Shown here piece by piece: positions 36,080 through 45,835 of a stretch of 64,000 nt of DNA. The DNA lies in assembly GCA_032718475.1 (NCBI GenBank), contig JAUCBJ010006736.1, positions 1 through 64,000 on the forward strand, in the 5' to 3' direction. Position numbers and translations under genes: made by a program. Source of the stretch: Nemertoderma westbladi (taxonomy: Eukaryota > Animalia > Xenacoelomorpha). Position 1 is the stretch's first letter. Each line of letters opens with the position of its first letter. The notes beneath the pieces were generated by a model. That model searched no databases and was not told where the DNA came from. It saw nothing but the letters and a program-made list of their open reading frames with translations.

Positions 36080-37680
36080 TTACACAAAATTTATTCACTT
36101 TCCACTAAATTTATTCACATTCCACTAAATGTATTCACTTTCCACTAAATGTATTCACTTTCCACTAATTTATTCCCTTTACACTAAATTTATTCGCTTT
36201 CTACTAAATTTATTCACTTTCCACTAAATTTCATCACTTTCCACTAAATTTCCTCACTTTCCACTAAATTTAATCACTGTACACTAAATTAATTCAATGT
36301 ATTAACTTTCCACTAAATTTAATCACTTTCCACTAAATTTATTCACTATCCACTACATTTATTCACATTCCACTAAATTAATTCACTTTCCACTAAATGT
36401 ATTAACTTTCCACTAAATGTAATCACTTTCCACTACATTTATTCACTTTCCACTAAATGTATTAACTTTCCATTAAATGTAATCACTTTCCACTACATTT
36501 ATTCACTTTCCACTACATTTATTCACTTTCCACTAAATTTATTCACTTTTTACTAAATTTATTCACTTTCCACTAAATTTCATCACTTTCCACTAAATTT
36601 CCTCACTTTCCACTAAATTTAATCACTTTACACTAAATTAATTCAATGTATTAACTTTCCACTAAATTTAATCACTTTCCACTAAATTTATTCACTATCC
36701 ACTACATTTATTCACATTCCACTAAATTAATTCACTTTCCACTAAATGTATTAACTTTCCACTAAATGTAATCACTTTCCACTACATTTATTCACTTTCC
36801 ACTAAATGTATTAACTTTCCATTAAATGTAATCACTTTCCACTACATTTATTCACTTTCCACTACATTTATTCACTTTCCACTAAATTTATTCACTTTTT
36901 ACTAAATTTATTCACTTTCCACTAAATTTCATCACTTTCCACTAAATTTCCTCACTTTCCACTAAATTTAATCACTTTACACTAAATTAATTCAATGTAT
37001 TAACTTTCCACTAAATTTAATCACTTTCCACTAAATTTATTCAATATCCACTACATTTATTCACATTCCACTAAATTAATTCACTTTCCACTAAATGTAT
37101 TAACTTTCCACTAAATGTAATCACTTTCCACTACATTTATTCACTTTCCACTAAATGTATTAACTTTCCACTAAATGTAATCACTTTCCACTACATTTAT
37201 TCACTTTCAACTACATTTATTCACTTTCCACTAAATTTATTCACTTTTTACTAAATTTATTCACTTTCCACTAAATTTCCTCACTTTCCACTAAATTTAA
37301 TCACTTTACACTAAATTAATTCAATGTATTAACTTTCCACTAAATTTAATCACTTTCCACTAAATTTATTCACTATCCACTACATTTATTCACATTCCAC
37401 TAAATTAATTCACTTTCCACTAAATGTATTCACTTTCCACTAAATTTATTCACTTTTTACTAAATTTATTCACTTTCCACTAAATTTCCTCACTTTCCAC
37501 TAAATTTAATCACTTTACACTAAATTAATTCAATGTATTAACTTTCCACTAAATTTATTAACTTTCTACTAAATTTATTCACTATCCACTAAATTTATTC
37601 ACTTTACACTAAATTTATTCACTTTCCACTACATTTATTAACTATCCACTACATTTATTCACTAATTCACTAAATTTACC
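36080..37680. repeat. 20-bp minisatellite (TTCACTTTCCACTAAATTTA) with 349-bp higher-order repeat; shorter arrays inside each 1795-bp unit
   Basis: Marker variant TCATCAC recurs at 36231, 36580 and 36929 (period 349). Confidence 0.95.
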
Positions 37681-37750
37681 GCTGTTGCCCACCATCTCAT
37701 GAAATAAATAACACATTCTAAAATTTTGTGTATTATTAAATAAGATATTG

Positions 37751-38503
37751 GGGTCGTTTGCACAAAAAGTGGCCAAATTGCGTCCCCTGTAATTTCGCCA
37801 TTTTATAAGCCATAACTACAGTATATAAACCTTTCCATTTTTTGGCATTGGTTTTAGGCAATTTTACATATACTGTATTTCTATCGGATTACAAGCATGA
37901 AAAGGCATTTTATGCGATGTCCCATTCTATGTTTTTGAGATACAAACAATTATAACCAAATGTTAGTAAGAGATACTTCCAGTAAACTACTGTATAGTCC
38001 AGTAGGCCTACTAGTCGTTATGCGGGTACACTTCTTTAAAATTTGTTTTTGAAGCGATAAAAAATGCTATAAATTCGTTTTTAGAGATTTGTCATGTGTT
38101 GTAACGTTCGTTTTTTAAAGATAACTTTTGAGTGTGAAATGTGTATGTGTCAAAGTAAGTATTTTCCGAAAGATCATTTTATTGGCTATCCTATCCGTAT
38201 ATATACGATTGAATGCAAAACGATAAGTCTAACAGAAGTTATGCCCAAAAGTTAACCAAGCAGTTTTTTTACGTTATTGAAAATTTTCCCTAGGTAACGC
38301 CTTTATTTTCGCTCTAACTTTTCTTCTACAAATCGGATTTACTTCATTTAAAGTTTTTTTAGACCGTTTCTGAAGGCGCAATCCACTATGAAATTTGAAA
38401 TCAGCACGCAACAGGGCTTTCGAAATACAGTATGTATGATTTTATAGGGTTTGCGAAAAATATTTTTAACATTGAAATTGGCCACTTTTTGTGCAAACGA
38501 CCC
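37751..38503. mobile_element. Non-autonomous DNA transposon, Sola2-like
   Basis: 26-bp TIR GGGTCGTTTGCACAAAAAGTGGCCAA / TTGGCCACTTTTTGTGCAAACGACCC; 4-bp TSD ATTG (37747-37750, 38504-38507); GRG terminus plus 4-bp TSD fits Sola2. Confidence 0.75.
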
Positions 38504-38507
38504 ATTG

Positions 38508-39190
38508 ATTTGATTTTAAACTCATTTTATATGCCGACGACAGTGCTGTTATTTTCTCTCATAAAGATCCTATCAATATTTCCAAAAAGTTAAGTGCAGT
38601 TCTAGAATCCTTTAATTTTGAGTGGTTGGTTGATAATAAGCTATCCATTCACTACGGTAAGACTTAAAGTATTTTGTTTGGTTCCAAAAGAAAGTTAAAG
38701 AAGGCAACTAAGTTTGAAGTCGCTAGTATGGACATAAAATAGAAAATAAAAAGGAAGTTAAATATTTAGGCGCCACATTGGATAACTGCTTATCAGGAGA
38801 AAGCATAGTGAAAAATATTTTCTCGAAAGTTAACAGTAGGCTTAGGTTTCTATACAGAAATAAAAATAGTTTAAACACCGACTCCCGCAAGTTACTTTGC
38901 TCTTCTTTAATACCAAACAGCTTAAATGTAAATTACAAGTAGCTCAGAATAAAGTAGTACGATTTATTAAAGACTACAAACCTAGGCACCACCTAACTCC
39001 AGATGACTTTTCTGAATCTGGACTACTTAAGTTAGATAGTAGAGTTAAACAGCTACGCCTTAACCATGTGCATAAAGTGTATAATGGTAAATGTCCTAAT
39101 TACCTAAAACAAAAATTCAACTTAAATGTCCTAATTACCTAAAACAAAAATTCAACAGAGTACGCGATACACTACAGTACCAGAGCAGTG
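38508..39190 (+). mobile_element. Degraded CR1/L2(Crack)-type LINE reverse transcriptase fragment
   Basis: Translates to LILYADDSAVIFSHKD...EWLVDNKLSIHYGKT*SILFGSKRKLK...VKYLGATLDNCLSG...KVNSRLRFLYR...KLQVAQNKVVRFI, with stops and frameshifts. Confidence 0.85.
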
Positions 39191-39639
39191 TGTCGAACGA
39201 TTTTGACATGATTTTTCCCCGGGCTTCTCCCGGTTCATTTGTGAATTTACCCGGTTTAGATGACAATTATTTTATTGTATTCAATTTAATTGCATAATAT
39301 AATTATATAATAGGGGCCTACTGTATAATGCGCATTATATTGAATTATAAGTTTACCTCTCCAATTAGTATAATTCATTAATAAACTCAGAGTCGTTATA
39401 GCTCAGTTATCTCATCGTTCAGCCTGTCTACTCTTTTAGCATAAAGTATTCACATAAAGTTTTAGCAACAATTGACAACAAGTTTATCAATAAAAAAAAC
39501 CTTTTATCAATAAAATGCTCGTTTTAATCTATGAGCACAACCTTTTAATTGTTCGGTTTATTTTATTGACATGTGTGTGTTTAATATGGCCTATTTTACG
39601 GTGGCTGATTGCGGAAAATTATTTTCATTTTTTTTAGGT

Positions 39640-40060
39640 TTTTCACACGGGTGAAAAACATTTATCACCCGGGTGAAAAACAGTTATCACCCGGGTGAAA
39701 AACATTTATCACCCGGGTGAAATACATGTGTCAGAACTTAATATGTAGTTAGTTTCCTTATAAACAAAATAATATCGAAAGCTCATTTTGATCCAGATTC
39801 ACTCTTGGCGAATTAATATCTCGACCCAATGTTAGTAATCAATTAAGGGAAAGGATCAGGTTACAGTGGCATGTTATTCTAACCAAAACAATAAACGAAT
39901 GTCAATAGTTAAACATTTAAATATTTTTCACTCGGGTGATAAATGTTTATCACCCGGGTGAAAAATGCTTCTGGGTGAAAAATGTTTCTGGGTGATAAAT
40001 TTTTTAACCCGGGTGATAAATGTTTTTCATCCGGGTGATAAATGTTTTTCACCCGGGTTT
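39640..40060. repeat. Two oppositely oriented arrays of a 22-bp palindrome-cored repeat (TCACCCGGGTGA) flanking a dispersed-repeat fragment
   Basis: cacccgggtgaaaaacatttat x4 at 39645-39720 and the reverse-oriented array at 39925-40058. Confidence 0.7.
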
Positions 40061-40415
40061 TAACATTACTATTTTTAACGACTGCCTCTTTGATATTACG
40101 GGTGGAATAAGGTTTTACCATCTACCTTTTACTACTACTACTACTAGGTCGAGCGAAGTCGGACATATATCTTTCAGTTGCGAGACCGAGAGTAAACCGC
40201 TTGTGGTCGCAACTCCTACAAGCGTCTTCGCAGTAGGTCGCCGTTGGTTGATTACCTTCCGCCGACCTTGTCAACATGTCTAGCAGTTGGTTGATTACCT
40301 TCCGCCTATCCACGGCCTACAGCCCTGCTGCCGACTGTAGGGGTCCATTTGTTACACCCTGAACCAAGTGTGCCTCCTGGGTTTTGGTATCCAGTATAGA
40401 CAGAGCGGGGAGTGT

Positions 40416-40684
40416 GGGGGGGGGGGGGGGGGGGGGGGGGACTGGACGCAAAACCCGCCTTGGCGAATTAATATCCCGCCTCAATGTTAAATTCTCAATT
40501 TAGGGAAAGGAGCAGGTTACAGTGGCACGTTATTTTAACCAAAACAATAAACTAAGCACAATAGAACAGTTTACAGTTTTATTTTTGCTCGTAATCAGCT
40601 GTTATTTGCGTCCAATTTCCCCTGGAGTGGGATGAATTATTATTGCGTCTCCAGTCCCCCCCCCCCCCCCCCCCCCCCCTATCT
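40416..40684 (+). mobile_element. MITE with poly-G/poly-C TIRs (family also at 55079-55343 inverted; fragments near 12660, 14430, 14780, 39805, 49340)
   Basis: G(n)ACTGGACGCAA ... TTGCGT(CT)CCAGTC(n)TATCT; shared core AAAGGAGCAGGTTACAGTGGCACGTTATTTTAACCAAAACAATAAA. Confidence 0.75.
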
Positions 40685-41772
40685 GGAATAGTGATACCGA
40701 AGTAGTCAAGTCATATTATCCTTCCAGACCTAATTGTTTACCCTTTATGTAGAATCTATGTGATAAGGATAATCAATCACCATTTCGACACTTGACATTT
40801 TTGTTTTCTTTAAATTTATATAATATATCTAATTTGCGTTTGTTTAATGACGTTGAGATGCATATACGATCGGAGATATAAAAGTAGTTGTTGAAAATGC
40901 CTCTGATTAATATGTAAGTCTCGCCCTTTATTCCAAAATTATAATAATATAGTTTTCGTACCAGACGAAAAAAATACTTGACATTAAATATCAATTAATT
41001 TTAATTTTCTATAACAAATATTTCCGTATAAGATAATCATAAACAATGTATTGTAAATGTGTGCCCATAGTTGTTAGTAAGAAATGTTTGCATAATATTA
41101 CCATACATAGACAGTTATTTGGGAATTATAATTCTACCTAATATTCGTGAGACAAGATAACAATTACTAATTGGATGACAACTCTATATAACTATAACAT
41201 TCAAGTAACAGTACAGTACAAATGAAGCACCATATAGCAAACAAAACGAATCGTTATTAAAAGCACAAGGTTGATCAGTAATGAAATATACAATAATTAT
41301 TTATGTTATAATTAAAATTAAACCGTAGTTTAACGTGCAACTCGTATTTATTGTGTATTATTTTATTATTATTGTATAAAGTACTGAATACGTCATGGAT
41401 GCGGCATTTATTTTTACTAAACAATTTAAAAACAACGACAAACGATTTAATTTTAAATTCAAACAATTTATTAAATCATGTTCTCGCCACCTTTATCAGT
41501 TAAGTCCAAATAAAAACTTATCAGAAAAATTTAAAATTATTAACTAATTCGGACGAATATTAGAAAAAAGTGGAAGATGGCCAGGTGGGAGGGGCTGCTT
41601 TTCTAGTTTTATCAAACTAGAAACGACTAAAAATCACTGAAATAAATTTATCTATTGTATAAATTTTTCCCAAGTCAAACTAAAAAGGACACAAAATTAA
41701 AAAAAAAGTAATTAATATGGCTGTGTCATAATAATAATAACAATACACAACCGCACTGTAATTAATTATGAT

Positions 41773-44253
41773 TCATTCGTCCCACGGGTCTACATCGGTA
41801 TCAATAGCTATGCAGTTGTAGGCGGCGTAGCGGAGTTTCTCCTCGGTTGCCTGAACCGACGGATATCGAGGCAGATAGAGAGCGGACGAACAAGTGCTGG
41901 AAGCGGGAAGCATATCCGACTTATTCCGATCCTGGAACACGTAGATAGTGGCAGGAAGACGCCGACGACCGCACACGAACCGGAGCAATCGCGAGCGGTC
42001 CTCGTTGGTGAAGTTCTCCAGAGCCGAGTAGAAGAACTTAACGTGTCTATCGTCGGACGCCATGTCCTCGATTCGAATGCACCTCTTCAACGCGTCGAAG
42101 GTGACCTCCGGGTCGCCGCAGATGCGTCGCTCGAGGTCCTCCCAGGTGAGCAGCTCGAGGACGGCTTGAGGAATAACGGAGATCAACCCGCGACGGATCG
42201 CCGTGATCTGGTCGCGGGATTCGAGCAGCTTGGCGCGTCGCACCGCCTCGCACCACCACCGTCTCTCGGCGTACGGGACCGACTGCTCGGCCCCGCACGG
42301 TCGCAGCTCCACCGTCCGACTGTTCGACAGCGTCGTAGTAAAGGTCAGGTAGTTCGCGTAGAGTTCCTGATAGGTCGACTCGTCGGCGGCCTCGATGGCC
42401 TCGACTAGCCGGACCTGGGCGGCGTCCACCGCCGGGTAATCCCGCGCCCATGAGACCGGCTGCCCTATAAGCGACTTCCACACGAACGAGGACAGCGAGA
42501 GAACGAGGTTCTCCGAGCCCCGGAAACACGCGCCCATCAGCTTCCCGATCCAGACGAACTTGGCGAATTCGCGGCATCCGGGGTTCGGTATGTAGACGTC
42601 GTTGTCGTCGTCGGCGTCCGGGGAGACCCGGAGGAAGAACGGAAGCGGAACCGACTGGGAGGCGTCGGGGGGGTTGAGTTCCTCGGCGATGTCGGCCAAG
42701 GAGTCCCGGAACCCCCCGCCCTGGTCGATAATCCCCTCCGAGAGGAACTTACACTCCCACCACTGGTTGTACCCGCTGGCCCAGCGGTAGCTCAGTCGGG
42801 AAACTCGTTCCACACCGGCCAGCGAGTGGAACACCTGATGGAACACCGAGTTCCTACAACTCGGGTCCTTCGAGGGGTCGCCCCGGTGTTCCATAGCGAG
42901 TCGACGGTTTATATAAACCTTGGGGCGATCCTCCGGTTCGGAGGTCTCCACCCGACGGAGGAGATTGTTAATTAACGTGGAACGAGTCGAACTCAACAAC
43001 AGAACCGGTTTCAACACGAACAGATCCGAGAAAATAGACGACGTATTCGATGATTCCATAGAGGAGGAAGCTACGAAGTTTAATTCGTGATCGAGAAGTG
43101 AGGCGATTCTCTGCAAGGCGAGAGCGCGTCGATACAGCGTGTCCAGCGAGGCGGCTTGGAGTCTGGGGAACCGGACCATGGGGTCGGCGAGCAAGTCGCG
43201 ACTTAGCCCTATCGGGACACCGATGCGCGCGACCATGTCGATACCGTAGATGCGCGAGTCGATACCGTCGCTGTGGTTCCGCTTAATGCGGATCTCCAAG
43301 ACGGCGTGATGATCCGAATAGTCGGAGAGTAGAGGGACCTCGTAGGACGTAGACGAGCCGCTGGGTGGCGTATCCGTCGAGTCTATATCGGCGATCTTCC
43401 GCAAGGAGTCGGCGTCAGGGCCCGCCATAACGACCATCCGGGACGGCGTGTAGGAATCTTGGGAGCGGGCAATCCGAACGGACAAACGTTGCAACACCGT
43501 TCCAGGTTTAATGGCCATCCGGATCCAGTGGTTCCCGCTAGTTCCGTCCGACTCCCAGCGACTGTCTGGGTCTCCATCCGTAAGGCAATCCGCTCCCTCA
43601 GGCTGCGACGACACCTCGATACTGCTGACATACTTCTTGATCTTTCCTGTCGGGCCATATTCCCCCGGGTGGGACTTCCCGTATTTCTCGAGGAACCGAC
43701 ACAATTGCTCGTCGTGTTCCACTGACCAGGATGTCCCCGTGGGCACCGAACGCAGACGTTCCACCGCAGGTACGTTCATCGAACTCGAGGTCAACGTCCG
43801 CCGATTAAACAACGAGTAAGTGGAATCCACCAATTTTAAACTCGCCGCCTCCACCGGAACACCGACAAATTTTAGAAGCGGAATTCCGTTTCTAGGGAGA
43901 CCTAATATCCACAAATTATGGGCCGTTTTTAGTCCAGCGTCCCCTATAGGACCAGCAATGGGTAATTCGTCTAGAATTAGTAGCCATTGCCCATCGTTTC
44001 TGCAGTATTCCTCTGAATCAACAGAAAATCGCGTTTCGGGGTCTAGAACCAACGAGCCAACCTGATTGGCTGAACTAGTTTCAGGTGATGTATATAGTTT
44101 AAACGTCGTTTTGGTCGGTGCACAGCATTTTACAATAATTTCCTTGGGCAAGTAGCACAGGGGTAGCGGTAAAGGCGCCCCCTGGAGGAGAGCTTTGCTG
44201 CATTCTGAGAGACACTTCAGACGGGCTAAGTGAACATCCACTGAATTCCTCAT
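41773..44253 (-). CDS. HECTD3: HECTD3-like E3 ubiquitin ligase (826 aa; DOC/APC10 domain + C-terminal HECT domain), single coding exon
   Basis: N-terminus HLARLKCLSECSKALLQGAPLP..CYLPKE; DOC motif CLTDGDPDSRWESDG..HWIR; HECT: QWWECKFLSEGIIDQGGGFRDSL, WIGKLMGAC, LRFVCGRRRLPA, catalytic ASSTCSS, EEKLRYAAYNCIAIDTDVDPWDE, closely matching the known HECTD3 C-terminus. Confidence 0.93.
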   Translation of the reverse strand: MRNSVDVHLARLKCLSECSKALLQGAPLPLPLCYLPKEIIVKCCAPTKTTFKLYTSPETSSANQVGSLVLDPETRFSVDSEEYCRNDGQWLLILDELPIAGPIGDAGLKTAHNLWILGLPRNGIPLLKFVGVPVEAASLKLVDSTYSLFNRRTLTSSSMNVPAVERLRSVPTGTSWSVEHDEQLCRFLEKYGKSHPGEYGPTGKIKKYVSSIEVSSQPEGADCLTDGDPDSRWESDGTSGNHWIRMAIKPGTVLQRLSVRIARSQDSYTPSRMVVMAGPDADSLRKIADIDSTDTPPSGSSTSYEVPLLSDYSDHHAVLEIRIKRNHSDGIDSRIYGIDMVARIGVPIGLSRDLLADPMVRFPRLQAASLDTLYRRALALQRIASLLDHELNFVASSSMESSNTSSIFSDLFVLKPVLLLSSTRSTLINNLLRRVETSEPEDRPKVYINRRLAMEHRGDPSKDPSCRNSVFHQVFHSLAGVERVSRLSYRWASGYNQWWECKFLSEGIIDQGGGFRDSLADIAEELNPPDASQSVPLPFFLRVSPDADDDNDVYIPNPGCREFAKFVWIGKLMGACFRGSENLVLSLSSFVWKSLIGQPVSWARDYPAVDAAQVRLVEAIEAADESTYQELYANYLTFTTTLSNSRTVELRPCGAEQSVPYAERRWWCEAVRRAKLLESRDQITAIRRGLISVIPQAVLELLTWEDLERRICGDPEVTFDALKRCIRIEDMASDDRHVKFFYSALENFTNEDRSRLLRFVCGRRRLPATIYVFQDRNKSDMLPASSTCSSALYLPRYPSVQATEEKLRYAAYNCIAIDTDVDPWDE

Positions 44254-44403
44254 TTTACAATTAATTAACCAAACTGACCTGTAAACTGACTGAGCACGAC
44301 CGGTAAGCCTATAATAGAAAAAAAATGCAATATCAATTAGTCTTACCGGTACCGGTCTGCCGGTAATAGGAATAGCCTAGTTCATAGTTGGGCTTGGCCC
44401 GCA

Positions 44404-45468
44404 CAAGGTGTATTAAATAACAGGTCATGCAGCGAGCGGATTGCTGAAATTAGCGGAGGCCGATCTTTTCCCTATTTATGGCACTATTTTCATTAATTTT
44501 CAGTAGGAACTTATTTTATGCTACTTTTCTTAGGTGGATATGATGACTACGGTTCATAAAAATGTAATCAAATGTCTTTCTGGAATTTTTATATTGTTGT
44601 TGTCAAGGTAACCGTGTACAAAGTTCAAACTTTGCGTGTCTGTAATTCAAGACGATCGGGGATTCTGTTCTTGAGATTTGGCAGGTGAGTAAAGGAAATA
44701 AAAGTCTTATCAAAATATTTGAAAGGTATATTTTTTTCAATCCTGTTTCCATGGTAATGGGTGTAACGATAATTTCACATTATGACCGCCAGGTAGAAAT
44801 TTGGCTACTATTTTCTATTTATATCATTTGCAACTGACGTCCCTGGCCGTCCTGTCCTCTTCCTTTTCTAATAATTAATTGCAAACCAAAATTTAATATT
44901 CTGGAATCTTAAAATCATGCTATCACAGGTTTTGCCCTCTAATTGGACAGTTTTGTTTGTTGGCACTTTATGTCCTTTACAATTAAGATTCACAATTATT
45001 GACGATTGATAAAATAAAATGTTGGTATTTTTAACTTAATATTAAGACTGACAAACACCGAATAAAAATGGCGTTTTATAGAATTGGTTGACAATTATTT
45101 AAATTTTTCATTATATATATTACCATGGCAACGGGATTGAAAAAATATTTAAATGTAGAATATTTTGATAAACTTTTATTCCCATTACTCGCCTACCAAA
45201 TCTCAAGAACAGAATCCATCGAATTACTTGAATTACAGACGGGCAAAGTTTGAACTTTGTACCCGGTTACCTTGACAATATAAAAATTCCAGAAACATAT
45301 TTTATTACAATTCTATGAACCCTAGTCATCATATCCACCTAAGAAAAGTAGCACATAAGAAGTTTCTAAGGAAATATTATGAAAATAGAGCCATAAATAG
45401 GGAAAAGATCGGCCTCTGCTAATTTCAGCAATCAGCTCGCTGCATGACCTGTTATTTAGTACACCTTG
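44404..45468. mobile_element. Foldback-type non-autonomous DNA transposon with ~370-bp TIRs (CAAGGTG termini, possibly P-superfamily)
   Basis: caaggtgtattaaataacaggtcatgcagcgag...ccatggtaat is mirrored by attaccatgg...ctcgctgcatgacctgttatttagtacaccttg; no clean TSD. Confidence 0.85.
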
Positions 45469-45835
45469 GCTAGGCAGCTTGCAGCTTGGGGAGTTTAGTC
45501 AGCGTTGCCCTGTTACCGGTACCTACAACTACAACAAACACTATACAGCTGTAGGTACCGGTACTGGAAAAACAAATAGATGTCAGACACCTGAAGGTTG
45601 GCCCTATATTAATATAATAAAAAAATAAAAAATAATAGGGCCTACCGGCTGACCGGTACCTGTATAAATTTACAAATCTACAGAATTGACTGATTGATGA
45701 ATTGTGTAAACATATAAAGATATGCAGGGAACCAGCAGTCAACGAAACGTCAACTGAACTGACAGACTCATACGTAGTCAAGTCATACCGGCACGCGGTA
45801 CCGGCTGACCGGTACTACTTAACAAGAGCACCGAA

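Larger units (their letters stand above)
30836..36223. repeat. Tandem triplication, 1795-bp unit (gag 5' end + PBS + LTR + flank + 60-bp repeats + 20-bp minisatellite + HECTD3-downstream-like segment)
   Basis: Units start at 30836, 32631 and 34426; ORF track repeats with an exact 1795 offset; CCA microhomology at the junctions. Confidence 0.95.

Noticed and set aside
42043-44065. Multiple overlapping ORFs within HECTD3
   Set aside because: Expected by-products of a GC-rich coding sequence
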